DNA of 64,000 nt from Nitrososphaerota archaeon (GCA_023379805.1 JAMCPI010000012.1:95777-159776), one strand, 5' to 3'; counted from the stretch's first letter, positions 48,075 through 58,884 are shown. Numbers and translations are program-made. Notes: generated by a model from the letters alone, not told the origin.

Positions 48075-48305
48075 ATGTTGGCAAATTATATGGGACTGTG
48101 TTTGTCATCTAGTTTAGACAGAATAGGTATTGTGCTCGTCGTGATCGGTGTGTCCGTTTGGGTTCCCTACATAGCGTTGCGGCTCACCGGGGCGTCACCC
48201 TCCATATTCCCATATCTGCCTATTCACCTCTTCAGCATAATCCCCGGCGCATTAATCAGGCAGCGTAGACGTGTTAAGAAGCTCGCGTCGTGGATGAACC
48301 GCTAA
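48075..48305 (+). CDS. Small two-TM membrane protein
   Basis: Two hydrophobic helices and a basic C-terminus. Confidence 0.6.
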   Translation: MLANYMGLCLSSSLDRIGIVLVVIGVSVWVPYIALRLTGASPSIFPYLPIHLFSIIPGALIRQRRRVKKLASWMNR

Positions 48306-48364
48306 ACAGCATCACCGGCCGACTAATTACTGCTCCTACTACCTGTGATGACTAACTATTCTTA

Positions 48365-49459
48365 CTAGATGGGTGAAGGCCTATAGGTGCAGTAAGGCTC
48401 TTCGCCTAAATAATTCTCCGATGCGCCTAGAGCTCTTGCGCGGCATCCTCCGCAGACTCTGCGGTATTCACAGGCTCCGCAGCGGCCTTCAAGCTTATCG
48501 TAGTTTCTCAGTGTTTGGAAGAGCGGTGACTCCTGATAGACTTCGCGGAAATGCTGTTTACGCACGTCTCCAGCTTCAAGGGGTAAGAAGCCGCAGCCGT
48601 AGACTCTACCGACGTGCGATATGAAGCAGAATCCGTTGCCAGCCATGCATCCTCTTCCGCCGAGGCGGCCTGCAGGCGCTCTTCCGTGAGCGTGGTCTCC
48701 AGCTGTGACCGGTGACTTGACACCCTTCTTCTTCTCGTTCTGGGTGATTATTCTCATGTAGTGCGGTGCACAGGTCATCTTGATCTGAATAGGCGTGGAA
48801 TGATTCCACTCGTAGATCTTGTCCAGCGTCGCCTCATACTCCTCCGGGGTGATCTCCATCTTGATCTTAGCTCGGCCGGTTGGTACCAACATAAAGACGT
48901 CCCAGTTCGTCGCTCCTAGCTTCACAGCTAGGTCTCGAATGTTCGGCAGATCCTTGATGTTGTGCTGCGTTACTGTGGTGTTGATCTGGAACGGCATTCC
49001 TTCGGCCCGCATAACTTCAAGGGTTGCCGTGGCTGTCCCGAAGGAGCCCTCTACCTTTCGGAAGCCGTCGTGAACCTTGGAGTTTGAGCCGTCTAGGCTG
49101 ATGGAAACCGCTTTTACCCCGTTCTCCTTCATTCTTCTGACTGTTTCAGGCTGGATGCGGCTTCCACTGGGTGACATAACTACTCTGAGTCCTTTTTTAT
49201 CCGCGTATTTGGCGACGTCGAAGATGTCCTTCCTCATAAGCGGGTCGCCGCCTGTGATGATGAAGACCGGTTTGGAGAATTCTGCTATTTGATCGACTAG
49301 TCTGTAGGCTTCTTGAGTAGTAAGCTGAGACGGATCGGGCTGCGTCTGAGCGTCTGCACGGCAGTGGACGCAGGCGAAGCGGCAAGCTCGGGTGGACTCC
49401 CAAGCTATGACGCGGGGAATCGGCTTACTACTATCGTTGCTGATGTTGCTTTTCATCAT
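48365..49459 (-). CDS. ahbD: Radical SAM/SPASM haem b synthase
   Basis: IAWESTRACRFACVHCRA, TCAPHY, RGCMAG, CGGCRARA. Confidence 0.88.
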   Translation of the reverse strand: MMKSNISNDSSKPIPRVIAWESTRACRFACVHCRADAQTQPDPSQLTTQEAYRLVDQIAEFSKPVFIITGGDPLMRKDIFDVAKYADKKGLRVVMSPSGSRIQPETVRRMKENGVKAVSISLDGSNSKVHDGFRKVEGSFGTATATLEVMRAEGMPFQINTTVTQHNIKDLPNIRDLAVKLGATNWDVFMLVPTGRAKIKMEITPEEYEATLDKIYEWNHSTPIQIKMTCAPHYMRIITQNEKKKGVKSPVTAGDHAHGRAPAGRLGGRGCMAGNGFCFISHVGRVYGCGFLPLEAGDVRKQHFREVYQESPLFQTLRNYDKLEGRCGACEYRRVCGGCRARALGASENYLGEEPYCTYRPSPI

Positions 49460-49497
49460 CTTTACTTGTTCAGTCTCCGCTCCGGTTGTTGTTCGTC

Positions 49498-50649
49498 TTA
49501 CGCTTTTAGTCCGATTTCTTGGTCGGTGAGGTAGCAGGCTGGGTCAGGTGCCCAGATGTCGTTGTATGTCGCTTCTGCTCTGACTCTGAAGTTGCCGTTG
49601 CAGATGTCTAGGAACCTGCACTGTGCGCATCTTCCTTTGAGCAGCTTCTTTCTGTTCCGCAGGTTCTTGAGCAGCGGCTCGGTTTCATCTGACCAGATGT
49701 CGCTGAACTTTCGCTCATGGATGTTTCCGACTGAGTAGTGCTGCCAGAACTGGTCTGGGTGCACATTTCCATGGAAGTCTATGTCTGCGAAGCCTAAGCC
49801 CGAGCTGTTTCCTCCGTTGAGTTTGAAGAGACGCATAGCCTCCTCAGCCTTCTTCGGATCTTCGTCAAGTAGCTTCAAGTAAATGTACGGTGCGTCGCAG
49901 TGGTTGTCAACTGTTAATACTTCGAGGTCGCTGTTCTTCTGACTGAGATCTTCAACTCTCTTCACCATGTTGTCGACGAAGCTCCTCGCCTCCTCATGTT
50001 TGAGATCCTCCAACCTTAGGTCAGCGGCTCGTCCTGAGTAGACTAGGTGGTAGAAGCAGACTCTTGGGATGCGTTCTCTTTCGATTAGGTCGAATATCCT
50101 GTAGGAGTCGGCGAGATTGTTCTTAGTTAATGTGTATCTGAGCCCTGTTCGAACTCCGTTAGAGAGGCAGTTTCTGATGCCTTTAACAGCCGCGTTGAAG
50201 GCTCCCTTCTGTGCTCTGAAGTGGTCGTTAGTCTCCTCAAGTCCGTCGAGGCTGATTCCTACGTACGAGAAACCTGTCTTCTTCAGAAGCTTCGCCTTCT
50301 CCTGTGTGATGAGTGTTCCGTTGGTTGACAGGACGATTCGTAACCCTAGATCCTTTGCTAGATTGGCGAGTTCGAAGAGATCCCGTCTCATTAACGGTTC
50401 TCCTCCTGAGAAGAGAAGTACTGGCGCCTCGAACTCTGCGAGATCCTTTATGAGCGCTTTACCCTCCTCAGTTGTCAGCTCGTTTGAGAAGGTCTTGCTG
50501 TCAGCCCTCGCGTAGCAGTGAATACAGTTTAGATTACACTGCTGGGTTGTGTTCCAAACGACGACCGGCCGCTTGTGAACACCTTCTCGGTATCGTAGAT
50601 GGTCTGAAGATCCCTCTAGCCCACACCAAGTCTTTGTGATATTAATCAA
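49498..50649 (-). CDS. ahbC: Radical SAM Fe-coproporphyrin III synthase
   Basis: RPVVVWNTTQQCNLNCIHCY, FYHLVYSGR, LTVDNHCD, GGNSSG, HPDQFW, CNGNFRVRA. Confidence 0.92.
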   Translation of the reverse strand: MINITKTWCGLEGSSDHLRYREGVHKRPVVVWNTTQQCNLNCIHCYARADSKTFSNELTTEEGKALIKDLAEFEAPVLLFSGGEPLMRRDLFELANLAKDLGLRIVLSTNGTLITQEKAKLLKKTGFSYVGISLDGLEETNDHFRAQKGAFNAAVKGIRNCLSNGVRTGLRYTLTKNNLADSYRIFDLIERERIPRVCFYHLVYSGRAADLRLEDLKHEEARSFVDNMVKRVEDLSQKNSDLEVLTVDNHCDAPYIYLKLLDEDPKKAEEAMRLFKLNGGNSSGLGFADIDFHGNVHPDQFWQHYSVGNIHERKFSDIWSDETEPLLKNLRNRKKLLKGRCAQCRFLDICNGNFRVRAEATYNDIWAPDPACYLTDQEIGLKA

Positions 50650-50658
50650 ATCTTGCTT

Positions 50659-51189
50659 TCACCTCCTCTCCTTTATTCTTCTTTCTTTAATGTTGCCGGT
50701 ACCTTCAGAGATGATTCGGCCGTTGCTGGTCTTCTTGAATGCGCGTGTACTGAAGAGAAGCAGGTAGTCATTTATCTCTACTTGTCGACTCATCTCCTTC
50801 ACAAGCTTCTCAACAGTAGCTTTGTCATGCGCGTGAAGCACCGTGTAGAGGTTGTATGTCCATCTGCCCGGCACTGTGGAGCGGATGTAGCAGTGAGTCA
50901 CTCTTTCGTTGCCGGCGAAGAGTTCACCCACCTCCTCTATCCGTTCTTGAGGAACCTTCCAGGTCACCATTGCGTTGGCGACTACGCCGACCTTTCTGTT
51001 GTCGATTGACGCGGCGAAGCGTCTCAACACCTTCCTGTCGCACAGGCTCTTCAGCCTTTGGAGAACCTCCTCTTCATCTATGTTGAGGTGCTCAGCAATT
51101 CCCTTGAAGGGTTCAGCCACGAGGGGGATGCCGTTCTGGGCTTCCCGCAGCAACTCTACGTCAACTGTGTCCAGTTTAGTTGTTTCCAT
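50659..51189 (-). CDS. ahbB: Sirohaem decarboxylase subunit beta
   Basis: IPLVAEPF, NAMVTW, VTHCYIR, W.YNLYTVLH, LFSTRAFKKT. Confidence 0.88.
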   Translation of the reverse strand: METTKLDTVDVELLREAQNGIPLVAEPFKGIAEHLNIDEEEVLQRLKSLCDRKVLRRFAASIDNRKVGVVANAMVTWKVPQERIEEVGELFAGNERVTHCYIRSTVPGRWTYNLYTVLHAHDKATVEKLVKEMSRQVEINDYLLLFSTRAFKKTSNGRIISEGTGNIKERRIKERR

Positions 51190-51191
51190 CG

Positions 51192-52496
51192 TTAATGCTT
51201 CTTCTCCTTTAGATCGAAGTTCACCTTAATCTTAAACAATCTCTCAGTCCGCAGGTTCAAGACATCTTCATCTGAGACTCCGGTTTTCGCCTGTATCTCC
51301 TTGAGGATTCTTGACAGTTCATCTTGGCTTGGCGCGGTGAGTGTGAACCACAGGTTATACTCATGGTTTCTCTCATAGTTGTGAGAGACCTCATCATACT
51401 GGTTGATGATGCTAGCTATCTCCTCGATTTGCTCCGGTGGCACCCGTACCCCCACTAGGGTTGAGGCTGTTAACCCCACTTTTCTCGCATCGATTATGGG
51501 GCCTATCTTCCGTATCATTCCTGCATCGCTTAGCCGTTTCAGCCGTCTCAGCACCTCGACGCCGCTTAACCCCAAGGTTCTTCCAATCTCATCCCAAGGT
51601 CTGGTCGTCAAGGGAACCGCCTTCTGCACCACATCGAGTATCTTGGTGTCAACGTCGTCGAGCGTGATTTTACCCTCTTCTTTCATGAAGTAGGCGTCCA
51701 CCGCGTTCATCATAGCATCAATCGTGTATTCCGAGGGTGTTACGTGAACCTCTACCCCGAGGCTCCTCAGAGTCTTCTCAGTAACCGGGCCTATTGATGC
51801 GACCAGCGTCTTCTCATTCAAAGCCTTTCTCAACCGGTCAGCTGCGCGGTAGGTGTCCGCTATGTGCATAAGGTTCTGGGCTGTGGCTGAGCTGGTAAAT
51901 GTGATGATGTCAACATCTCCCAGCAGAATATCTCTGATGAGATGCAGCACCTCAACAACATCTGAAGGTATCCTAGTTTCGTAAACGGGGAACTGGACAA
52001 CCTTCACCTGTCTCTCCGCAAGCTTCACGTTGAGGTAATCAGTCGGCTTATCAGTCCTCGGCAGCACAATAACCTTGCCGTCAAGATTAATCTGAAGAAG
52101 CGTATCGGCCAACCCGTCAGAACTGAAGTCCTCAGGGGTGATGTCTACCCGGATGCTCTGCTTCTCCAGCCGCGCCTTGGTCTTGCTGCCGATAGCGACA
52201 ACCTGCATCTTGCTAAGCGCCTTCAGCATCTTCTCCTTCACACCAAGCCGCTCAGCGAGGGCGACGAAGCTTGTTACCCCATTCTGGCTCATGAAGACGA
52301 TTAGATCTGCGCCGCCAGAGACTATTAGCTGTAAGGGCTCCCGCACCTCTTCTAGGTTTGAGACCGGTCCTATCTCAACTGTAGGCACGATCCGAGGCTT
52401 GCCTCCTAGCTTAGTCACTATCTGCGCTAGATCGTCAGCTTGGTGCTTCGGTCTGGTTATGACGACGGTTCTTCCTTCAAGCATCTCCTTTACCAT
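51192..52496 (-). CDS. hemD: Fusion of uroporphyrinogen-III synthase (HemD) and sirohaem decarboxylase alpha subunit (AhbA)
   Basis: VVITRP, FMSQNGV, FTSSATA, SIGPVT (HemD), then PLTTRPW, VSHNYERNHEYNLWFT, FKIKVNF (AhbA). Confidence 0.88.
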   Translation of the reverse strand: MVKEMLEGRTVVITRPKHQADDLAQIVTKLGGKPRIVPTVEIGPVSNLEEVREPLQLIVSGGADLIVFMSQNGVTSFVALAERLGVKEKMLKALSKMQVVAIGSKTKARLEKQSIRVDITPEDFSSDGLADTLLQINLDGKVIVLPRTDKPTDYLNVKLAERQVKVVQFPVYETRIPSDVVEVLHLIRDILLGDVDIITFTSSATAQNLMHIADTYRAADRLRKALNEKTLVASIGPVTEKTLRSLGVEVHVTPSEYTIDAMMNAVDAYFMKEEGKITLDDVDTKILDVVQKAVPLTTRPWDEIGRTLGLSGVEVLRRLKRLSDAGMIRKIGPIIDARKVGLTASTLVGVRVPPEQIEEIASIINQYDEVSHNYERNHEYNLWFTLTAPSQDELSRILKEIQAKTGVSDEDVLNLRTERLFKIKVNFDLKEKKH

Positions 52497-53247
52497 CTTC
52501 CCCTTCAAACCAGGACAGTTTTTCATGGAGGTTCACAACGTCTCCTACGACAATTATCGCTGGAGACTCAACCTTCTCAGACACAACTTTTGCAGCAATG
52601 TTTCCTAGGGTTCCTACTACTGTTCGCTGCTTGCTTGTAGCTCCCCACTCAATTGCGGCTGCAGGTGTTTTCTTGCTACGGCCACCTCGGATTAACGCAT
52701 CTGTAATCTTGTCCAGTCTACCGACACCCATCATCACCACAATTGTGTCAACGGCAGTGGCTAACTTCTCCCAGTCGACGCTGCTCTCATCTTTATCAGG
52801 ATCCTCATGACCTGTGACCGCTGCAAAGGATGAGGAGAAGCGTCTGTGAGTAACCGGTATCCCCGCGTACGCTGGGACAGCAATTGCAGAGGTGACCCCT
52901 GGGACAATTTCAAACTCAATCCCAGCAGCTTCAAGCTCCTCAGCCTCCTCGCCTCCTCTTCCGAAGAGGAAGGGATCGCCTCCCTTTAATCTCACAACTT
53001 TTCTACCCATCTGAGCCTGCTTAACCAGTATCTGGCTGATCTGATCCTGCGGAACCGTGTGGTCACCAGAGATTTTGCCGACGTAGATTCTCTCAGCTGA
53101 CTTTGGCACCAGATCAAGGATTTCAGGTGAAGCCAGCCGGTCGTAGACGACTACGTCAGCTGCCTTCAGCACTTTTACAGCCTTTACGGTAATGAGATCA
53201 GGGTCTCCCGGTCCTGCTCCTACGAGATACACTATGCCGCTACGCAA
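52477..53247 (-). CDS. cobA: Uroporphyrinogen-III C-methyltransferase
   Basis: [37 protein letters not shown]. Confidence 0.96.
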   Translation of the reverse strand: MRSGIVYLVGAGPGDPDLITVKAVKVLKAADVVVYDRLASPEILDLVPKSAERIYVGKISGDHTVPQDQISQILVKQAQMGRKVVRLKGGDPFLFGRGGEEAEELEAAGIEFEIVPGVTSAIAVPAYAGIPVTHRRFSSSFAAVTGHEDPDKDESSVDWEKLATAVDTIVVMMGVGRLDKITDALIRGGRSKKTPAAAIEWGATSKQRTVVGTLGNIAAKVVSEKVESPAIIVVGDVVNLHEKLSWFEGEDGKGDA

Positions 53248-54157
53248 CTCTTCTCACCATCTCCACCACTCTTCCAGCTTCACGAAGCATCTCATCAGCA
53301 ACCCGTCCCCCTAACGCCTCGGGATCATCCGCATCGCCTGTGCGAACCAGATAGAAGCGTTCACTACCATCTGGGGCGACAACCATCGCATGAATAGTTA
53401 GAACGTCTCCTGCCAAACGGGCGACTGCTCCGATAGGCACCTTGCATCCTCCGCCAGTTTTTGCGAGAAAGACTCGTTCAGCCGTAGTCTCTACTCGACT
53501 AGGCTGATGATCGATTCTGCTGAAGATTTTCAGCAGATCCTTCCTATCCTTTCTAACCGTGACCGCAAGGGCTCCTTGACCGGGGGTCGGTGTAAAATCT
53601 TCAAGCGGCAGCCGTTTCATCTTGCTGTTGATTTCCAGCCGGTTCAGCCCCGCCTCAGCCAGCAGCACCGCATCGTAAAGTCCCTCGTCGAGTTTTCGAA
53701 GCCTGGTATCCACGTTTCCCCGGATGGGTTCTATCTTCAAATCGGGTCGCACATATCGGATCTGAGCCTCACGTCTGGGGCTTCCCGTGCCGATGGTGGA
53801 TCCAGCTGGGATATCCTGTATGCTGTATCCCTCCTTAGTCACAATAGTGTCGTGCGGTGACTCTCTGGGAGGAACCGCCGCAATGACAAGGCTTGGGTCG
53901 AAGTCGTTTGGGAGATCTTTCATGCTGTGGATGGCAAAGTCCACCTTCTCCTCAGCAACAGCTCGATTAACCTCCTTTTCGAAGACCCCTTCACTTTTTA
54001 TTGAGAGAATGTGTTGACCGGTTACAACGTCGCCGGTGGTCTTGATTATCTCCTTCTCAACCTCTAGATCTTTTACCGAGGCTTTGAGTCGTTGAATAAC
54101 GGTCTCAGCCTGAGTAAGCGATAGTTTGCTTCCGCGAAGCCCTACTACAATTCTCAT
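53240..54157 (-). CDS. hemC: Hydroxymethylbilane synthase
   Basis: RGSKLSLTQ, HSMKDLP, GTGSPRR, IRGNVDTRL, GGCKVP. Confidence 0.96.
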   Translation of the reverse strand: MRIVVGLRGSKLSLTQAETVIQRLKASVKDLEVEKEIIKTTGDVVTGQHILSIKSEGVFEKEVNRAVAEEKVDFAIHSMKDLPNDFDPSLVIAAVPPRESPHDTIVTKEGYSIQDIPAGSTIGTGSPRREAQIRYVRPDLKIEPIRGNVDTRLRKLDEGLYDAVLLAEAGLNRLEINSKMKRLPLEDFTPTPGQGALAVTVRKDRKDLLKIFSRIDHQPSRVETTAERVFLAKTGGGCKVPIGAVARLAGDVLTIHAMVVAPDGSERFYLVRTGDADDPEALGGRVADEMLREAGRVVEMVRRVA

Positions 54158-54180
54158 ATCTTTACATTTCCACCTACTAC

Positions 54181-55485
54181 TTACTCTTCTCTTGACGTCT
54201 TGATTGCTGTGCCCATTGCTTCTAAGGTCATGTTCAGATCCTCATCTGTATGTGCGGTTGAGAGGAAGCAGGTTTCAAACTGTGATGGAGGTATGAACAC
54301 CCCTTTCTGCAGCAGATTCCTGTGGTATCTGCTGAACCGTTTTGTATCCGAAGTTTTTGCCGAAGCGTAATCTTTCACAGGTTTGCCTGTGAAGAATATC
54401 TGGAACATTGAAGCCACGTTGTTTACCTGCGCCTCTACTCCAGCATCACTAGCATAGTCTCGGAGACCTTTCGCCATTTTGTTGCCGTTCTTCTCCAGTC
54501 CCCCGTATATTTCGCGCCGCTTCTCCATTAGAATCTTCAGGACAGTTAGACCGGCTGTAACTGACACTGGGTTGCCGCTGAGAGTTCCAGCCTGATATAT
54601 AGGGCCTACTGGGGATATCTTTGACATTATCTCTCTCTTTCCTCCATAGGCGCCGATGGGGAAGCCTCCCCCGATGATTTTGCCAAGAGTCACTAAGTCA
54701 GGTTTTACCCCGTAGTATTCTTGGGCGCCTCCTAACGCTAGCCTGAAGCCTGTGATGACTTCGTCGAAAATTAGGACGATGCCGTTCCTCTCAGTGATTC
54801 TTCTAATCGCCTGCAGATAGCCTTTCTCAGGCAGAATTACCCCTGCGTTTCCGACGACCGGTTCAAGGATGACTGCTGCAATCTCGTTCTCCTCCTTCCG
54901 CACAGCCTCTTCGAAGGCTTCGACGTCGTTGTAGGGTAACACAACAGTGTTTTTCACAGTGTCACGGGGGACTCCTAGCGAGTCTGGTGAGCCGAAGGTC
55001 GCTGCACCTGAGCCTGCCTTAACAAGAACGTAATCATGGGCTCCGTGGTAGCATCCCTCAAACTTGACTATCTTGTCTCGACCAGTGTGGCCTCTCGCGG
55101 CTCGGATAGCATGCATAGTTGCCTCAGTTCCGCTGCTGATAGCCCGCATCATTTCGATGCACGGAACCGCTTTTGCAACGGTCTCAGCGAACTCTATCTC
55201 AAGCTCAGTGGGGGTACCGTACATTGTTCCGTCCTTCAGCTTCTCCTTGACCGCTTCTATGATTACAGGGTTAGCGTGGCCAAGAATTAACGGGCCGTAT
55301 GATAAACAGTAGTCGATGTAGGTTCTTCCGTCCACGTCAATGAGTTTTGAGCCTTCAGCGCGCGCGGTGAAGAACGGATACGGTGAGAAGGCTCTGACTG
55401 GGCTGTTAACTCCACCGGGTATTACTTTTTTAGCTCGTTCAAAGAGTTCCTTCGATCTTGTTTCCCTTATCTTCTGTTGAGTCAT
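54181..55485 (-). CDS. hemL: Glutamate-1-semialdehyde 2,1-aminomutase
   Basis: PGGVNSPVRA, SGTEATM, FDEVITGFR, GKIIGGG, PSQFE. Confidence 0.97.
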   Translation of the reverse strand: MTQQKIRETRSKELFERAKKVIPGGVNSPVRAFSPYPFFTARAEGSKLIDVDGRTYIDYCLSYGPLILGHANPVIIEAVKEKLKDGTMYGTPTELEIEFAETVAKAVPCIEMMRAISSGTEATMHAIRAARGHTGRDKIVKFEGCYHGAHDYVLVKAGSGAATFGSPDSLGVPRDTVKNTVVLPYNDVEAFEEAVRKEENEIAAVILEPVVGNAGVILPEKGYLQAIRRITERNGIVLIFDEVITGFRLALGGAQEYYGVKPDLVTLGKIIGGGFPIGAYGGKREIMSKISPVGPIYQAGTLSGNPVSVTAGLTVLKILMEKRREIYGGLEKNGNKMAKGLRDYASDAGVEAQVNNVASMFQIFFTGKPVKDYASAKTSDTKRFSRYHRNLLQKGVFIPPSQFETCFLSTAHTDEDLNMTLEAMGTAIKTSREE

Positions 55486-55573
55486 CTACACTATCACACA
55501 CCAATTACTGTATTCTTTTCTATTTCCTTTTCCTACTTCTTTCTATTAGTTGGCTGTTTGTTTAACCACTGCC

Positions 55574-56950
55574 TCACTTCTGTTTTTCTGCTGTCTTTAC
55601 ATCGAATAGTTCGCGGAGTAACGCAATTCTCTCATCATCTTTGTCAAGCTCTCTGCTTCTTAGATTCAGGAGCGGGTGAAGCATCATCTGCTCCATCAGT
55701 GTTCTTGATAAATCGTCCATTACCTTCTGGCAGTGACCGCACTTCTCTTCACTCGGATCTGTCTTCATCAGGCAGTACGCCTTCTTGAGCTCTCGCTGCC
55801 TAATCTCATTCGCTTTTCTACTGACCGCGCTGATAAGCGGCTCAACATCAGCCTGCTTCTCTGAAACGGCTAGACGCTCCATCTCCTTCTGAATCATCGC
55901 TTCGGCTTTGCTTGCTTCTTGGAGACGCATCTTCAGGTTTGCATCCGCTATTTCTCTTAGGTTATCGATGTTGCGGAGCTCCACTCCAGAAATCGTTCCA
56001 ACCTCTTTCTCGACAGCCCTAGGGTTCGAGAGATCCATTATGAGGAGGTTGCTGGCAGCGTTGCCTCTGAGCTTCATCGACTCTTTGACCTTCTCCTCGG
56101 TTAGAACATAGTGTGGGGCTGCTGTAGTGACGATTGCAATATCTACTCCGGCGAGGGACTCGATGAGCTTATCAAACTTCACTGCTTCTGCGTTCAGCAT
56201 CTTCGCGAGAGATGCGGCTCTCTCATAGGTTCGGTTAGCCACGAAGATGAATGCGAGGCTCTTCGCCGCTAATGCTTTGCCTGTTAATGCTCCGATGCGG
56301 CCTGCCCCAATAATGAGTACCTTTTTGCCGTGGATGTCTCCAGCCACTTCTTCAAGCAGGTTAACTGCGATTGAGCCGATGGAGACTGCTCCTTTGTTAA
56401 TGTTGGTTTCGACACGTACCACTTTACCCATCTTCACGGCGCGACCGAATACTTTTCTCAGCACCGCTCCAGATGCACCGCACTCATTCGCCTTATCGAA
56501 AGCATCCTGTATCTGACCTAAAATCTGGTCTTCACCAACAATCATCGACTCCAAACCTGATGCTAGTCTCATCAGGTGATGAATAGCATCTGCGCCGTAG
56601 GCTACCTCTAGGTAACCGTTGAAGTCCTCTTTATTGAAACCGGCTCTCATCCGCCAGCAGTCGGCGACAGATTTCGCCGTGGTTGCAGTCATGCCTTCTG
56701 AGACTGAGAGATATATCTCAACGCGGTTGCAGGTCTGAAGTATCAGGCACTCATCTATGCCTTTGACCATCTGTATCTCTTTAGAGGTTTTCTCAACGTC
56801 TTTGAAGCCGATTGCTTCCAGCACAGGGATAGGTGCTTTTTTATGGGTGATTCTGAGGTTGATTATATTTCCCATTTCTCGAGCAGTTAGGAAGCGGTCA
56901 TTACCTTGCAAAAAAGACTCCTCCTTGATCAACGGTGTATCTTCGGACAA
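55574..56950 (-). CDS. hemA: Glutamyl-tRNA reductase
   Basis: QTCNRVEIY, GLESMIVGEDQILGQ, IIGAG, ANRT, DLSNPR. Confidence 0.96.
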   Translation of the reverse strand: MSEDTPLIKEESFLQGNDRFLTAREMGNIINLRITHKKAPIPVLEAIGFKDVEKTSKEIQMVKGIDECLILQTCNRVEIYLSVSEGMTATTAKSVADCWRMRAGFNKEDFNGYLEVAYGADAIHHLMRLASGLESMIVGEDQILGQIQDAFDKANECGASGAVLRKVFGRAVKMGKVVRVETNINKGAVSIGSIAVNLLEEVAGDIHGKKVLIIGAGRIGALTGKALAAKSLAFIFVANRTYERAASLAKMLNAEAVKFDKLIESLAGVDIAIVTTAAPHYVLTEEKVKESMKLRGNAASNLLIMDLSNPRAVEKEVGTISGVELRNIDNLREIADANLKMRLQEASKAEAMIQKEMERLAVSEKQADVEPLISAVSRKANEIRQRELKKAYCLMKTDPSEEKCGHCQKVMDDLSRTLMEQMMLHPLLNLRSRELDKDDERIALLRELFDVKTAEKQK

Positions 56951-57152
56951 TCATCTGACTGTTTAGGTTTTCTATGCGCCGACCCCTAACGCTGCAGTTC
57001 TCCTTTTTACCGGTTTTATCTGCGAAGTGTTTCGACTTTAATGAGGCGCGTGGATGCGTTGAGAACATTAGTCTGAACATGCGGCCGGTGGCTATTTACT
57101 TATTTCGTATAAACTTTTCATATTATTGCGGATTCCGCAATTATACCCGCCT

Positions 57153-57605
57153 CTAAAGTTTGAATATCGGATTCGACTTGAGAAACTCGGTGGTCACCGA
57201 GATTCTTACATCCTCAACTCCCTCAAGCATCTTAATCCCCTTTACAAGGGCGTTAAAATGCTGCATATCATGCGCATAGATAACTGCGATAACGTCATAC
57301 TCTCCTGTGCTTCTGTAGATGTAAGATATCTCTGTGTATTCTATCAGTGTAGAGACGATGTCATCAGTGTGCGTAGGGTTGAGCTTGAGCAGAATTGCAC
57401 CGCTTACAGTGAACCCGATCTTAGTTGGGTTAAGAAAGGCGACGAAAGCACTGATTACTCCCTCTTTAACCAGCCGTTTAACTCGGAACCGGACGGTCGC
57501 CTCCGCAGTTCCGTACTTCTTAGCTATATCGGAGTAGGATGTTCTAGCGTCTCTTTGAAGCATGTTCAAAATGGCTCGGTCTAGGTCATCAAGGCGAACA
57601 GACAC
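57153..57605 (-). CDS. Lrp/AsnC-family regulator
   Basis: LDDLDRAIL..LQRDAR HTH and TGEYD. Confidence 0.9.
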   Translation of the reverse strand: MSVRLDDLDRAILNMLQRDARTSYSDIAKKYGTAEATVRFRVKRLVKEGVISAFVAFLNPTKIGFTVSGAILLKLNPTHTDDIVSTLIEYTEISYIYRSTGEYDVIAVIYAHDMQHFNALVKGIKMLEGVEDVRISVTTEFLKSNPIFKL

Positions 57606-57664
57606 TCCACTATCTTCTCCGACGCTACAGCTGTTTTACCCTAGTTCCTTTTGAACCTTTACCA

Positions 57665-58273
57665 TTATCGGCGCAAAAAGTGGCTTTGACGCCGCGCATC
57701 GCTCACTCTCCACCTGAGGTAGAGGCCGAAGGCAACGCCGAGGAACAGCCCGCCTAGATGGGCTCCATGCGCGATCCCGGAGGTGTCGAAGAGCCCGATA
57801 TAGTCAAGCAGACCCCAGAGAACCGCTGCAACGACCATAGGAAGCGGTATGATGCCGTAGATGAAGATCAGCATCAGCGGCGCGAGAGTAGCGAGGGTGC
57901 CAATTACACCGTAAATGGCTCCGGACGCACCGATAGCAGGGGTCATAGGATCGCTGGCCGTGAGCATGTAACCGACGTTCCCAACTACTCCCGAAGCGAT
58001 GAAGAGCATTGCAAAGGCCTTATGCCCAATCATCCGTTCTAGGCTCATTCCCATGAAGAACAACGCAAGCATGTTGAAGAGAAGATGCTCGACACCGGAG
58101 TGAAGAAAGATGGATGTGACGAACATCCAAGGCATATTTACAGCCAGCGCGGGAAAGAACGCAAAGTAAATCCAAAGATCAGTAAACTGCTGAATAACGA
58201 AACAGACAACTGCCACCGCAATAAAGATGAACGTCCACTTCGGCGTCTCAGCCTGCAACTCAATCGACTCCAC
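57665..58273 (-). CDS. Rhomboid intramembrane serine protease
   Basis: FLH....HLLFNM, GASG, AHGAHLGG. Confidence 0.92.
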   Translation of the reverse strand: MESIELQAETPKWTFIFIAVAVVCFVIQQFTDLWIYFAFFPALAVNMPWMFVTSIFLHSGVEHLLFNMLALFFMGMSLERMIGHKAFAMLFIASGVVGNVGYMLTASDPMTPAIGASGAIYGVIGTLATLAPLMLIFIYGIIPLPMVVAAVLWGLLDYIGLFDTSGIAHGAHLGGLFLGVAFGLYLRWRVSDARRQSHFLRR

Positions 58274-58320
58274 TACACCGAAGCCGTTTCTTTAAAGATT
58301 GCCGGCAAAATCCTTTCTTC

Positions 58321-58776
58321 TTAGATCAAGCTCTGCCCAAGCTTCCTGAACGCATCCTCCGCCATACGCCTATGATCAAAGGCAATATCCAGCTCTGCGA
58401 GCTCCTCCTTATCGAAAGCATTCACCTCACTCACATTATGACCCGGCTGCTCCTCACCACCAGATATGCCGCAGAGATAGGTCAGAGCAATCACATGCTC
58501 GCGAGCATCTCGAGCAGGGTCATCGTAAACTCCTACTAGGTCGCCGGTGAGCGACCCAGTTAACAACCTAATTTCGAAACCGATCTTCATCTTCGCCAGC
58601 CTCTTCATCGCATCCTCAACCCGCTCTCCAACCATCAACCTCCCACCGGGAAGATGCCACCTACCTCCCTCGAACACATCAGTCTTCCTCTTCGCCAAAA
58701 CCACCTTACCGTCAGGAGTCAATATCACCGGGTTAAGATCTATATGCGCGTAATCCTGCTGTTGCTTCTCGCCCAT
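58321..58776 (-). CDS. Nudix hydrolase
   Basis: WHLPGG...GE Nudix box (degenerate: RLAKMKIG in place of REUxEExG), YDDPARD, AFDH. Confidence 0.75.
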   Translation of the reverse strand: MGEKQQQDYAHIDLNPVILTPDGKVVLAKRKTDVFEGGRWHLPGGRLMVGERVEDAMKRLAKMKIGFEIRLLTGSLTGDLVGVYDDPARDAREHVIALTYLCGISGGEEQPGHNVSEVNAFDKEELAELDIAFDHRRMAEDAFRKLGQSLI

Positions 58777-58884
58777 ACCCTGAAGAATATCTCCACACCG
58801 ATTTAACGTTAAATTGGATCCTAAAGCAGTAGTGTTAGTAAAGTTGAAAAGTCTCGAGGTGGTGAAGAGACTACTGAACTGTCC

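Noticed and set aside
48365..50649. Radical SAM/SPASM pair as RiPP or PQQ maturases for the 22575 peptide
   Set aside because: Motifs and operon context identify them as AhbC and AhbD of haem synthesis.
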